From sequence record SRR20825019_282: a stretch of DNA of 38,685 bases, one strand, 5' to 3'. The notes below the pieces were generated by a model. That model did not search any database and was not told the DNA's origin. It saw only the letters and a program-made list of their open reading frames with translations. How positions within the stretch are numbered: position 1 is the stretch's first letter; the number at the start of each line of letters is the position of its first letter. This document shows positions 26,352 through 36,202 of the stretch, piece by piece. A program made the translations under genes and the position numbers.

Positions 26352-27251
26352 ATGCACGCGGACAATATGGACCAGTGGATGCATAGCCATGATTTTCATG
26401 GTGCCGGCGAAAAGGCAGAGAAAAGCACCCGGCGGGTGGTTTGGCTAACAGTTATTATGACGGTGGGAGAAATTGCTGCGGGACTCATGTTCGGCTCAAT
26501 GGCGCTTCTAGCCGATGGTTGGCACATGGGTGCCCACGCTGCCGCATTAGGGATCACGCTGTTTGCCTACGCGTATGCGCGAAAGCATGCCAGGAGTGAA
26601 GCCTTCAGCTTCGGCACTGGCAAGGTCAGCGTGTTGGGCGGCTATTCGAGTGCGATCGTCCTTGGCGTCGTGGCGCTTTTGATGGCACTTGAATCAGTCG
26701 AGAGGCTGATCGCGCCGGAGGCCATCCAATTTGACCAGGCGATTGCCGTCGCGGTGTTGGGGCTTGCGATCAATGTCGCCAGCGCCTTCATGCTGGGCGG
26801 TAATCATCATGATGGCAGTCACAGCCATGGCCACCATCATGATCATAATCTACGGGCCGCCTACCTGCATGTGCTCGCGGATGCACTCACGTCGGTGTTG
26901 GCGATCATCGCGCTTTTTGCTGGCAAGTCACTCGGCTGGGTCTGGATGGATCCAATGACGGGTATTGTGGGCGCGGTCATCATCACGCGCTGGGCCATAG
27001 GCCTTGGCAAGGACACGGCGGCGATCCTCCTGGATCGGCATGACGACACCGGCGCACGTGAGAAGATCGTTAGTCTGATTGAGGGCAACGAGGATGACAA
27101 GGTGGCGGACCTTCATGTCTGGCGCCTGAACTCGAACCAGCTCTCCGCCATCGTCTCGATTATGACGAACACACCAAAGCATCCAGATCACTATAAGGAG
27201 ATTATCACTGAAAAGATCGGCATCTGCCACCTGACGGTCGAGGTGTATTAG
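26352..27251 (+). CDS. dmeF: CDF-family Co(II)/Ni(II) efflux transporter DmeF
   Basis: HSHDF N-terminus, ALLADGWHM, FSFGTGKV, His-rich loop, HNLRAAYLHVLAD. Confidence 0.9.
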   Translation: MHADNMDQWMHSHDFHGAGEKAEKSTRRVVWLTVIMTVGEIAAGLMFGSMALLADGWHMGAHAAALGITLFAYAYARKHARSEAFSFGTGKVSVLGGYSSAIVLGVVALLMALESVERLIAPEAIQFDQAIAVAVLGLAINVASAFMLGGNHHDGSHSHGHHHDHNLRAAYLHVLADALTSVLAIIALFAGKSLGWVWMDPMTGIVGAVIITRWAIGLGKDTAAILLDRHDDTGAREKIVSLIEGNEDDKVADLHVWRLNSNQLSAIVSIMTNTPKHPDHYKEIITEKIGICHLTVEVY

Positions 27252-27411
27252 TGCCGTTAGATTGAGTTGCGTTGGCGACGGGCGTTTCGATTCCAAGGTT
27301 ATATAGTCAATTTTAATTTCTAGTGGCCAGGAGCTTGGGTCTTCCTCGTTGGTATCAGGAAAGCTCTTGCTCTAGCTGATCAAGCGGGTAGGCTATCGGG
27401 AGGAGTGCCGG

Positions 27412-28080
27412 ATGGTGAGCAATAAAACCCAATGGGAAGGAAAGCTCCTGCTTGCGCAAGGGTGGGCGCATTATCATGGGCCCGCGGGCGATACGACTTT
27501 CCATGCACATTACCCTGTCCAACTTGTCTTTTCTGAGTCCTGCGAGGCGACGGTGACATTTGATGATCGCCAGATGGTGGGCCGTTTTCTCCTTGTCCCG
27601 TCGAATGCAAAGCATATGCTTGCGCCAAGCCAGCGGCCGCTTGATCTGCTTTATATTGAGCCAACCTTACTCGACGGAAGCGAGGGCGAGAGTAGACCCC
27701 TTTCGGCGTGGCTGTTAGCGTTGCGGCAGGGCATGTCCACAGTTGACAACCCCAAGATGTTCCGCGCCCTTGAGGCCGTCGACGGCGCGCTTGGCGGCAA
27801 GGTCACACTGGATATGGTCGCGCGTGCTGCCGGCATGTCCAAAAGCAGTTTTACGAAACTGTTCCGCGCCATCATCGGTATGCCGCTCCGGCGGTATGTC
27901 ATGTGGCGGCGTCTGAATGTTGCGGTTTCCGAGATTGGCGCGGGAGCAGATGCAACCCAAGCTGCCCATAAGGCAGGCTTTGCGGATTCTGCTCATTTCT
28001 CAAGAACCATGAGGGAGACATTCGGTGTCTCCCCCGCGGATAGTCTTCTTAAAATCAAGATGACGGTCGTGTCACCCTAG
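27412..28080 (+). CDS. AraC-family transcriptional regulator
   Basis: HAHY cupin-like N-terminus, double HTH ending [12 protein letters not shown]. Confidence 0.9.
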   Translation: MVSNKTQWEGKLLLAQGWAHYHGPAGDTTFHAHYPVQLVFSESCEATVTFDDRQMVGRFLLVPSNAKHMLAPSQRPLDLLYIEPTLLDGSEGESRPLSAWLLALRQGMSTVDNPKMFRALEAVDGALGGKVTLDMVARAAGMSKSSFTKLFRAIIGMPLRRYVMWRRLNVAVSEIGAGADATQAAHKAGFADSAHFSRTMRETFGVSPADSLLKIKMTVVSP

Positions 28081-28550
28081 TGTTCGTGCTTTTTGGGTTT
28101 GTAATCGCGGCTTGAAGAGTGCGTGTGCACCACCTTCCATTCGCCATCAATTTGCCGGAACAGGAATGTCTGTCGCCCGGCCTTGTCGAACTCACGGCCA
28201 TTTTTACGTACTTTGCCTTTGACGCGCGTGTCGGCAACAGCCCAGGCAAAACCGCCTTCGAAATGGATTTCAATGTCTGAGAAATCCAGGCTTAGAAATT
28301 CAAGGGCGTCTTTCTCGGGCTCCACATGGTTGGTAACCAGATCGTCCAGCCCCTCATTCTGGCCGCCGGACTCGATATAGCGCGCCCCTTCAAAATCGAG
28401 GAAATGTTTGCGGAACGGCTCTCCGTCGCCATTTTCCCAACCATATTCAATGGCTGCGATAATTTCCTTGATGGCTGTTTCATCCTCCGTGGAGGCAAAA
28501 ACAGACATAGACCCAAACGCGATGAGTGCTGCGCAGATCAGTGTTTTCAT
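28077..28550 (-). CDS. Secreted NTF2/SnoaL-like (DUF4440-type) protein
   Basis: Signal peptide (VFA), C-terminal [21 protein letters not shown]. Confidence 0.85.
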   Translation of the reverse strand: MKTLICAALIAFGSMSVFASTEDETAIKEIIAAIEYGWENGDGEPFRKHFLDFEGARYIESGGQNEGLDDLVTNHVEPEKDALEFLSLDFSDIEIHFEGGFAWAVADTRVKGKVRKNGREFDKAGRQTFLFRQIDGEWKVVHTHSSSRDYKPKKHEH

Positions 28551-28611
28551 GTAGTTCCTCTCCTTTTTCTTACTACACTGATACTAAAGGCTTTTCATGC
28601 TGAATAATAAC

Positions 28612-29502
28612 CTATTCGGCAGCCTGATTTGATGCTGGCGCATTTATATTAGCGGGCGCCCTGAACGGCTGTAGCAGTTGCGCAACATAGGTGGTTGGAT
28701 AGCTTGGCTCTTTGCCGATTCCGAGGTCGCCTGACGTGAAGTGGCGGTTGGCGTCATAAACGGCTGTTCCCAGTAGCCGGTCCCAGATTGTGGTGAACAA
28801 GCCGAAGTTCACATCGCCTTCCACTGGCCATTTTATATGGTGAAACCGGTGCAGGGGTGACAGAGCCAGTAGAAAGCGGAGCGGCCCAATCTTCACATCC
28901 ACATTGCTGTGCTGCAAGAGCAGCTGGATTGCGATCGCGAAGGCGAGCAGCGCCGCAATGTCAAGGGGGATTCCCGTCAGGATAAGTGGGAAGGTGCCAC
29001 CAAGCGTTTCGATCGCCTGATGAAGTGGATGTTTCATTAGGCCGTTAAAACCATACATGCGTTTGACGCTGTGATGCACCGCATGGAAGCGCCACAAGGT
29101 CGGATAGATGTGGCTCGCGTAGTGCACAAGCGTGATACCGCAGTCGGCAATCAGGATGGCGAGCAAGAGTTGCCCCCACATCGGCCAGGCGGTCGGCCAA
29201 ACGTCAAATCCGGGCACAACAGCTACAATCAAGGGCAACAATGCAACAGAAGACGCATTGGCTGCTTCATTCACAGTAGCATGCGCCAGATCACGCCATC
29301 GGTCGTTACGATCTTCATTCCATTGCTTTTCGTAGGGCACGATGCGCTCCAGGCAAAATGAGACGCCAATTGCAAGAAGCAATAGCGCCAGTAACGAGGC
29401 ATAGCCAAAGCCATTTGAAACCACAAAAAGCGCTGCGGACAAAAAGCCGCCCAGCATCGATGGCACATAGGCCACCTTGATGAATTCTCTCAATAGAAAC
29501 AT
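28612..29502 (-). CDS. Sterol desaturase / fatty acid hydroxylase family protein
   Basis: His boxes HYASH, HAVHH, QH, HRFHH and NFG. Confidence 0.9.
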   Translation of the reverse strand: MFLLREFIKVAYVPSMLGGFLSAALFVVSNGFGYASLLALLLLAIGVSFCLERIVPYEKQWNEDRNDRWRDLAHATVNEAANASSVALLPLIVAVVPGFDVWPTAWPMWGQLLLAILIADCGITLVHYASHIYPTLWRFHAVHHSVKRMYGFNGLMKHPLHQAIETLGGTFPLILTGIPLDIAALLAFAIAIQLLLQHSNVDVKIGPLRFLLALSPLHRFHHIKWPVEGDVNFGLFTTIWDRLLGTAVYDANRHFTSGDLGIGKEPSYPTTYVAQLLQPFRAPANINAPASNQAAE

Positions 29503-29637
29503 CGAACTCTCTCCTTCGTTCAGGTGAAAAATAGCGATTGATGGTCTGACTAGCTTGAAGAAATGGCCATTTCTTCAAGCGTGATCCGCGACTGTTCACT
29601 AAGTTTGCGGCCTAGGAAGCGAAACCAGGAGGTGGCA

Positions 29638-30351
29638 ATGCCGAACATAGCAAAACACGACAGGGACGAAGCCCAGGCCTTTGTTCCAGCCCTTCGCTAT
29701 AAGTGGGCCACCGGAATCTATGACTGGGTTATCGAATATTTTACACGCGGCGAGGCACTGCGACGTCTGTCGGTCAACGCCACAGCGCCTCAGGCCGGGG
29801 AAGCTATCCTTGACCTTGGCTGCGGCACAGGCGGTCTATCCATCGCCGTGGCGAAGGCTGAACCAAAGGCGAATGTCACTGGTTACGATATCGATCCAGA
29901 TATCCTAGACATAGCACGCAAAAAGATGGGTTCTCGAGCGGAGGCACCTGCGGTCACTTTTCGGGAAGTCAATGTGGCGGAGATCGCTGCACTCCCCCAG
30001 ACCGACATCGGTCGCTTCGACTGTGTGACCTCAAGTCTCGTGTTCCACCATTTGGCCCCTGATCGAAAGCGGATGGCTCTGCAAGCTGTTCGGGCATTGT
30101 TGCGCCCGGACGGCAGGTTTGTTTTGATCGACTGGGGTCCAGGGGCAAATATCCTTCTAAGGGGCGCTTTTTTGTTGGTGCGACTGCTCGACGGGCTGGC
30201 GGTAACCCGTGACAATGCCAGAGGAAACTTGCCGGTTATGCTTGAAGGGGCCGGCTTCTCGCAGATTGAGGCGAGACCGATGCTGAACACTATGTTTGGA
30301 ACAGTATGGTGCTACCACGCAAAGGTGCAGTCTCTCCAAGGAAGTGAGTGA
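29638..30351 (+). CDS. Class I SAM-dependent methyltransferase
   Basis: ILDLGCGTG, SSLVFHHL, LRPDGR. ATG 29638 after AGGAGG. Confidence 0.9.
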   Translation: MPNIAKHDRDEAQAFVPALRYKWATGIYDWVIEYFTRGEALRRLSVNATAPQAGEAILDLGCGTGGLSIAVAKAEPKANVTGYDIDPDILDIARKKMGSRAEAPAVTFREVNVAEIAALPQTDIGRFDCVTSSLVFHHLAPDRKRMALQAVRALLRPDGRFVLIDWGPGANILLRGAFLLVRLLDGLAVTRDNARGNLPVMLEGAGFSQIEARPMLNTMFGTVWCYHAKVQSLQGSE

Positions 30352-30357
30352 CCTACG

Positions 30358-30918
30358 TTATCGGTGGTTTTGGTCGTACCAAGCTTGGCCTGCCTCCCAA
30401 CGGTCAACCGGCCCAAGCGGTCCAATAGGGCAGTGATGTTCTTTGGTTGGTTTGCCAGTGACCAAGGAGTAAAGATGGTGGAAAGCCCGCATCTCGCAAC
30501 CCGGCGTTCCAATCAGGGCAGCGACGACAAAGGCCAGACCGAGGTGGCTGAAGATATAAAGCTCCCAGATGTGGACGGTATGCGCGAGCAAGGGCGTTTC
30601 AAACATGTCAGCTTGAATGTAGCCCACCAAGGCCATGCCCGCCAAAGCCGCCGCGCTTACGGCAACGGGCCATTTCTTCCAGGAGCGCGAGAAGCCGATG
30701 TTGACCACATAGCTGACCAGTATGAGGCCGATGACGATGCCGTTCCACAGAAGTGGGCGGATGGCACCCTCACTCGTCATCAGATCGCCGCGCACGGCCC
30801 ACAGCCCAAAGACATAATATAGGCACATAGTCCCGAACAGGAGGCGAACCAGGCGCCCGACCGGGCCGGGCCTTGGCAACGTGCCGCACTCTTCCAGTTT
30901 CAGGTCTGTCGTGGCCAC
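30358..30918 (-). CDS. Unknown membrane protein at the end of the mer operon
   Basis: GTG start with AGGAG, about 4 TM helices, GCEMRAFHH and HHCP motifs, 38 bp after merA. Confidence 0.75.
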   Translation of the reverse strand: MATTDLKLEECGTLPRPGPVGRLVRLLFGTMCLYYVFGLWAVRGDLMTSEGAIRPLLWNGIVIGLILVSYVVNIGFSRSWKKWPVAVSAAALAGMALVGYIQADMFETPLLAHTVHIWELYIFSHLGLAFVVAALIGTPGCEMRAFHHLYSLVTGKPTKEHHCPIGPLGPVDRWEAGQAWYDQNHR

Positions 30919-30956
30919 CTCGGCTCTCCTCGCTGCTCTTTATACCCTCTCCCGCT

Positions 30957-32402
30957 CTATCCCGCGCAGCACGACAGGGTGCTGACATCCTTGTCGAAGG
31001 TTTGGACGGCAAGCTTCAAGCCTTCCACCCCTGTCAGATAGGGGAATATGGTCTGCCCCAGCTCTTTCGTGGTCATGCCCGCCTTGATCGCCATCACCGC
31101 GGTTTGGATGAGTTCCCCGCCCTCTGGGGCCAGAATATGCGCGCCGATCAATCTGTCAGTCGCCTTGTCTGCCACCAGCTTGATCAGCCCGCGTGTGTCG
31201 CGGGCCGCCAGATAACGCGGTACATGGTCCAGGGTGATCAGGCTGGTCTTCACATCGATGCCTTGCCCCCTTGCCTGTGCTGCCGTCAGCCCCACGGAGG
31301 CGACTTGGGGATCGGTGAAAACCACCTCGGGCATGGCAGCATTATCATAGGGGCGTTCCTCGCCGCCGATAGCATTGAGCGCCGCCAGTTTGGCGCCGTA
31401 TGCCGCCATATAGACGACCATGTCCCTGCCGGTCACGTCACCAGCGGCATAGATCATGGGGTTGCTGGAGCGCATGGTGATATCAACCTCAATCCCGCCT
31501 TTTGCGTTCACGGCGACCCCGGCCTCCCCAAGCCCCAATCCTTCCGTGTTAGGGCGGCGTCCGGCAGCGAGTAGGAGCGTTTCCGCTGCCAATGTGCGCC
31601 TGTTACCATCCTGCTGATAGGTGAGCGTGACCGTACCATTCTCCTGGGTGACCGAGTGATAATCAAGCCCGCTAAGAACACGAATACCCTCGTCTTCCAG
31701 ATACCGTGCCAGATGCTCGCTGATCTCGCCCTCCATACCGGGTAGCAGACGGCTTCGGCAACAGATGGTCACCCTGACGCCCGCACGCGCGAACATCTGG
31801 CTCAGCTCGCAGCCAATCACACCGCCGCCGATCACGATCATGGATGCGGGCAGCGTCGCGAGATCGAGTGCGGAGGTGCTGTCGAGATAGGGCACACCGT
31901 CGATACCGGGAATGGGCGGCACCGCGTTCGACGAGCCGGTCGCGATAATAATCTTGTCAGGCCTAAAGAGTATACCGTCTACCAACACGCCGTCCGCCGT
32001 CAGTCGGGCTTTGCCTTCGACATAGGTCACGCCGGGGTGGGACGGCAGCACGTCGGTATATTTGGCTTGCCTCAGTTCATCCACCAGTTGTTGCTTCTGC
32101 GTAACCGTGGCTTGCCAGTTCAACACCGTCGCAGCGGATGAAATGCCATCGAACCGGCTGGCGTGCCGGGCCTGATATAGGGGCTCAACCGCTCGGATCA
32201 TCGTCTTTGACGGCACACAGCCTACGTTAACACAGGTGCCGCCGATGGTGCCCGTACCCACCAGCGTTACGGCCGCTCCAGCCTCCGCAGCCGTGATGGC
32301 AGCCGAGAAACCAGCTGAACCGGCACCAATGACCATCAGGCTCATCTGTTGCCCGGACCCCTTACCGCTGCAACACCTATCTTCGGCCTTGTCGAACGCC
32401 AT
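30957..32402 (-). CDS. merA: Mercuric reductase (no NmerA domain)
   Basis: GAGSAG, GGTCVNVGC redox pair, FPYLT, C-terminal SCCAG. Confidence 0.96.
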   Translation of the reverse strand: MAFDKAEDRCCSGKGSGQQMSLMVIGAGSAGFSAAITAAEAGAAVTLVGTGTIGGTCVNVGCVPSKTMIRAVEPLYQARHASRFDGISSAATVLNWQATVTQKQQLVDELRQAKYTDVLPSHPGVTYVEGKARLTADGVLVDGILFRPDKIIIATGSSNAVPPIPGIDGVPYLDSTSALDLATLPASMIVIGGGVIGCELSQMFARAGVRVTICCRSRLLPGMEGEISEHLARYLEDEGIRVLSGLDYHSVTQENGTVTLTYQQDGNRRTLAAETLLLAAGRRPNTEGLGLGEAGVAVNAKGGIEVDITMRSSNPMIYAAGDVTGRDMVVYMAAYGAKLAALNAIGGEERPYDNAAMPEVVFTDPQVASVGLTAAQARGQGIDVKTSLITLDHVPRYLAARDTRGLIKLVADKATDRLIGAHILAPEGGELIQTAVMAIKAGMTTKELGQTIFPYLTGVEGLKLAVQTFDKDVSTLSCCAG

Positions 32403-32403
32403 C

Positions 32404-32730
32404 TCAGGACCCTTGTGTCAGGGTTGCAGGATAGCCGGCATTTGTGGAGGCGGCGGCAATGGCGTCGGTGTCCGCTTTTGACGGGTCGAAGACCACGGTC
32501 GCGGTTTTGCTTTCATAGTCCGTATCCACGGAAAGCACACCATCGACCTTTTCCATCGCCTTGCGGACCGTGATCGGGCACATGGCACAGGTCATTTTTT
32601 CAATGGTGAAGGAGGCGGTTTTCTGTGCGGTCTGTTCCGCGGCCACCTGTGTGTCGTGGGCATGCGCCCCTGCCGGGATTGCCAGACCAAGGGCGAGGCC
32701 GATCAGTGTTGCTTTCAAAAGATGTTTCAT
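32404..32730 (-). CDS. merP: Periplasmic Hg-binding protein
   Basis: Signal peptide, MTCAMCPITV HMA motif, AGYP. Confidence 0.92.
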   Translation of the reverse strand: MKHLLKATLIGLALGLAIPAGAHAHDTQVAAEQTAQKTASFTIEKMTCAMCPITVRKAMEKVDGVLSVDTDYESKTATVVFDPSKADTDAIAAASTNAGYPATLTQGS

Positions 32731-32745
32731 GTTGCTTGCTCCGTA

Positions 32746-33117
32746 TCAGATATAGTTGCCAAGGACGGGTGCCCAGACGTCGACCGTCAGCGCCAGCAGA
32801 ACCAGCGCCGTCGACACCCACAGAATGATTTTGATGATCCGGTCCGACTTGGCGGTTGCGCAGTAACCCTCGTCGCACTGCTTTTTGGGTTTGATATAGA
32901 CCTGCCAGAAACCGACGCCGAGAAAGACCAGCGTCACCGCCGCAAAATAGTCTTTGTAGGGTTCCAGTACCGTCAGGTTGCCGATCCAGGCGCCGCTGAC
33001 GCCCAGCATCAGGAAGACAAAGGGCAGGATGCAGCAGGAAGACGCCAGAATTGCACCGATCACGCCAAAGCTCGCGGCCCAGTTTTTCGTTCCATCTGTT
33101 TGTTCCATGTCGCTCAT
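32746..33117 (-). CDS. merT: Mercuric transport protein
   Basis: ASSCCILP, GAWIGNLT, loop CDEGYC. Confidence 0.93.
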   Translation of the reverse strand: MSDMEQTDGTKNWAASFGVIGAILASSCCILPFVFLMLGVSGAWIGNLTVLEPYKDYFAAVTLVFLGVGFWQVYIKPKKQCDEGYCATAKSDRIIKIILWVSTALVLLALTVDVWAPVLGNYI

Positions 33118-33184
33118 AAATATTCTTCATCACAGTTTCGTTGATTTCATCGCCCCGGCTTGCGCCGATGGTCCCATGTCCTGT

Positions 33185-33215
33185 AGGCTACGCCCTGTAG
33201 TAAATACAGGATCAA
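33185..33215 (-). promoter_or_regulatory. mer operator/promoter
   Basis: TTGATC-19 bp-TAGCCT with dyad CCTGTA-N5-TACAGG (33194-33210). Confidence 0.88.
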
Positions 33216-33222
33216 CAGGAAA

Positions 33223-33633
33223 ATGACCGTATCGCAAAAACGTGAATTCACGAGAGGAACGCTCGCGAAAGAGAGCGGGGTTAATCTGGAGACCATTCGT
33301 TTCTACGAGAAGATCGGCCTTATGCCCAACCCGCCGCGCACAGCCTCCGGTTATCGCTGTTATTCCACGGATCACCTGAAGCGGCTAAAGTTCATCCGCC
33401 GGTCCCGCGGACTTGGCTTCACTAATCAGGAGGTGGCAGGCCTCTTGGAGATGGTGGACGGCACCTACGCCTGCGATGATGTAAAAGACATGGCACTTGC
33501 GCATGTGGCGCTGATCAAAAGTAAGGTTGCCGACCTCGCGAAACTACAGGCCGCGCTTGAAAGCATGGCGGCGGAATGCCACGGCGGTGACACGCCCGAT
33601 TGTGCGATTATAGACCGGTTACTTGACAATTAG
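33223..33633 (+). CDS. merR: Hg-responsive regulator MerR
   Basis: Divergent from merT; HTH with ETIRFYE; three Cys (YAC, ECHGGDTPDC). Confidence 0.88.
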   Translation: MTVSQKREFTRGTLAKESGVNLETIRFYEKIGLMPNPPRTASGYRCYSTDHLKRLKFIRRSRGLGFTNQEVAGLLEMVDGTYACDDVKDMALAHVALIKSKVADLAKLQAALESMAAECHGGDTPDCAIIDRLLDN

Positions 33634-33745
33634 AGGCACTCGCTGAGCGCTTCTGCGCTGCGGGTAGAACCGACACTGTAGGCTACACACCCGGCCTCTA
33701 GCATTAGCAGGCTGGGCGTGCGGACCGTGTTTTAATGGCGCCACA

Positions 33746-35650
33746 TCAATTCTTCTTGCTAAAAAGACTCCTGGACAAGAAAGCAAGGGAAGCGATCAGG
33801 ATCGATGCTTGCAGATACAGGCCTTCCTGGTTTGGATAGATCCCCAACCATTCGATTGCATTGAACTGCAACAGGGTTTGCGGGATTGTGCCCGCCTCCT
33901 GAAGCGCTGCAATGCCCTTGCCTGCAAAGATGAACGATAGCGCGAGCAACAGAATTCCTGTGCTCGAAAAGAACTGTCGTAGTGGCAACCTCACGCTGAA
34001 GCGGATAACCAGCCCGGCCAAGACGGCAAGGATCAAGACCCCGGCACCAAACCCGGCCATGATCCAGTCAGCGCTGTCCCTGGTGGCTTGGGCCCAAAGG
34101 GCCTGATAGAAGAGGATGGTTTCAAAGACTTCTCGATATACGGAAATGAAGGTCAGTCCGGTCAGGCCCCATAATGTTCTCCTGTTGAGGACGGCCTGAA
34201 GGCTCTTCTGGATGAAGGTCTGCCACCCGGCTGCGCTTGTCTTGCTGTGGAGCCAATAGCCGACAAACAGCAGCATGCCGGAAGCCAGCAGCGCGGCCAC
34301 ACCCTCGGTCACTTCGCGTGTGGCGCCGCTGATTTGGATGAAGCGTTCGGATACCACCCATGTGAGGCCGCCCAGCAAAAGCGCGGCGATCCAGCCTGTA
34401 TGAAGAAATGGCATTGCTTCGCGCCGTCCGGTTTTTATCAGAAAAGCGGATATTGCCACGACCACCAGTAATGCCTCCAAGCCTTCACGTAACAGGATAA
34501 CCAGACTGGTGACAAACGCGGCCGTCGCGGACAGCCCTTCGTTATTGTTGAAGGCAGTCTTGGCGCGCTGTAAAAGGGACTGTAATTCCTGGACACGGGA
34601 CGTGACTTCACCCACTGGAGCTTCGGTGCGGATTGCGCTGCGGAGTTGCATCATCTGTGCTTCTATTTGCCGCATCAATGGAGCGTCGATGGCGGACAGG
34701 CTGGCCTCCACAAGCTCGAAACCTTCGAGGTAAGCGGCAAGGGTCGCTGTATACGCGTTCTCTGCGTCTCCATTCTCGTAGCTGTCCAGGCCGGATCGAA
34801 GCAAGGCTATTGCCACATCAAGCGGCTGGTCCTTGCGATCAAACAATGCTGTCGGATCGGTTCGCAGGTATGCCATCATCTCTGCGCCGCTGGCCCACTT
34901 TTCCGCTGCCTCCTCTGGTGACAGCCCGGCATATCTTTCGATGTCAATCGGGGCTGGGGCATCAGACTGATGCCATATCTGTCTGCCTTTGTGTGCCATG
35001 TCACCTACGGCACCAAATTGTCCGACATAGGCGGCGAGATTCCATCGGTCATCCGCTGAAAGGTGCGCATAGGCAGCCATCCCGGTTCCTTCGACCCCGT
35101 TCGTGATGGTGTTATACAAGGCGTAGAGCGAACGCTGGCTATAGCGCGCCTCATCCGTGAAGTCGGTTGGCTGCGGGTCCAACTCCTCGGCAAGCTCACC
35201 GTCCCCACTGCCGCCAGCGCCGTGGCACGCAGCGCACTCCCTTTGATATAGTAGTTTGCCGCGGCCTATGTCGGGAGCCTGATCCGGAGTGACCTTCAGG
35301 CCCGACATCTGAATGATGGTTGCGCGCATCGACTGTGAGAGCGATTTGACCTTTGCCGAAGGCGCTCTTGAAAGGATCAGGCCTTTCAGGTCTTTCGCTT
35401 GCTCAAGCAAACCCTGCATTTCTGATGCGGTCGCCATCTTTTGCAATTCGATCTCAATGATGCCGGAAAATTCCACCATTTCTTCGTATTCAAGCTGGTT
35501 GACAACAACGCCGTTTGAAACCGCCTCGCTATAGTCCACGCCAACATAGTCAACGAGCTGAACCAGGCGAGCGCTGTCATTCGCATACGCGCCGGTCAAA
35601 AAGGTGAACTGCAGGATGAGGATAAAGAGTAAACAATTTTGTCGGGTCAT
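33746..35650 (-). CDS. Cytochrome c-FTR1 family iron/lead permease fusion (PbrT-like)
   Basis: Signal peptide, LVDYVGVDY, CAACH, two RExxE motifs (REGLE, REVFE). Confidence 0.92.
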   Translation of the reverse strand: MTRQNCLLFILILQFTFLTGAYANDSARLVQLVDYVGVDYSEAVSNGVVVNQLEYEEMVEFSGIIEIELQKMATASEMQGLLEQAKDLKGLILSRAPSAKVKSLSQSMRATIIQMSGLKVTPDQAPDIGRGKLLYQRECAACHGAGGSGDGELAEELDPQPTDFTDEARYSQRSLYALYNTITNGVEGTGMAAYAHLSADDRWNLAAYVGQFGAVGDMAHKGRQIWHQSDAPAPIDIERYAGLSPEEAAEKWASGAEMMAYLRTDPTALFDRKDQPLDVAIALLRSGLDSYENGDAENAYTATLAAYLEGFELVEASLSAIDAPLMRQIEAQMMQLRSAIRTEAPVGEVTSRVQELQSLLQRAKTAFNNNEGLSATAAFVTSLVILLREGLEALLVVVAISAFLIKTGRREAMPFLHTGWIAALLLGGLTWVVSERFIQISGATREVTEGVAALLASGMLLFVGYWLHSKTSAAGWQTFIQKSLQAVLNRRTLWGLTGLTFISVYREVFETILFYQALWAQATRDSADWIMAGFGAGVLILAVLAGLVIRFSVRLPLRQFFSSTGILLLALSFIFAGKGIAALQEAGTIPQTLLQFNAIEWLGIYPNQEGLYLQASILIASLAFLSRSLFSKKN

Positions 35651-35678
35651 TGTTGGGCTACCAGTTGTTCGAAAAAAT

Positions 35679-35720
35679 GCAATTGAGAATTAATATGAAA
35701 TATGACAGGGCAATGTACAA
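35679..35720 (-). promoter_or_regulatory. Sigma70 promoter overlapped by a Fur-like box
   Basis: TTGTAC-17 bp-CATATT on the minus strand. GCAATTGAGAATTAATATG (35679-35697) matches GATAATGATAATCATTATC at 12 of 19 positions. Confidence 0.55.
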
Positions 35721-35722
35721 CC

Positions 35723-36202
35723 TCATTCTGGGCCTGACGCATTTTCACGTTCGTTCGTGTCGTCTTTGGGCCATGTGCTCTCGACGTAGGAGAGGACAGC
35801 CACAATTTCTTCGTCCTTAAGGGTGTCCTCAAAGGCGGGCATATCGCTGTTCAATGTGCCCTTGCCTTCAAGCGCATGAACACCGAATTTGGTCATTATG
35901 AAAAGCGATTTATCGGAGTGCCTCCAGGCTTTCCCTGTCGCGTCAAGCGGAGGAGCGCGCGGGCGCTCAAAAGGCTTCTTTTCCTGCCAGCCCGGTTGTC
36001 CTTCAAGGTTATCGCCGTGGCAGGCCGCACAGTATTGGCTGTACAGAACTTGACCGCGCTGCACCAAAACCGGGTTTTCCGGATGAAGTGTCATATCCGG
36101 GAGGGTCTGCGCCTCATAATAGGACAGCAGGTAGAGTGACGCGGACACAGCCCCAAGCGCTGCCGTGTATTTCAGGATCAAATTTTTCTTTTCGGCTTTC
36201 AT
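35723..36202 (-). CDS. Membrane-anchored monohaem cytochrome c
   Basis: N-terminal TM, CAACHG..LEGQPGW, MPAF. Start is 36202 or 36232. Confidence 0.85.
   Translation of the reverse strand: MKAEKKNLILKYTAALGAVSASLYLLSYYEAQTLPDMTLHPENPVLVQRGQVLYSQYCAACHGDNLEGQPGWQEKKPFERPRAPPLDATGKAWRHSDKSLFIMTKFGVHALEGKGTLNSDMPAFEDTLKDEEIVAVLSYVESTWPKDDTNERENASGPE

Noticed and set aside
30873-31574. 233-aa plus-strand ORF opposite merA
   Set aside because: Antisense shadow of merA.
33181-33686. 11-bp direct repeat CTGTAGGCTAC flanking merR
   Set aside because: Repeats of this length are expected by chance in 38 kb, and there are no element ends or transposase.
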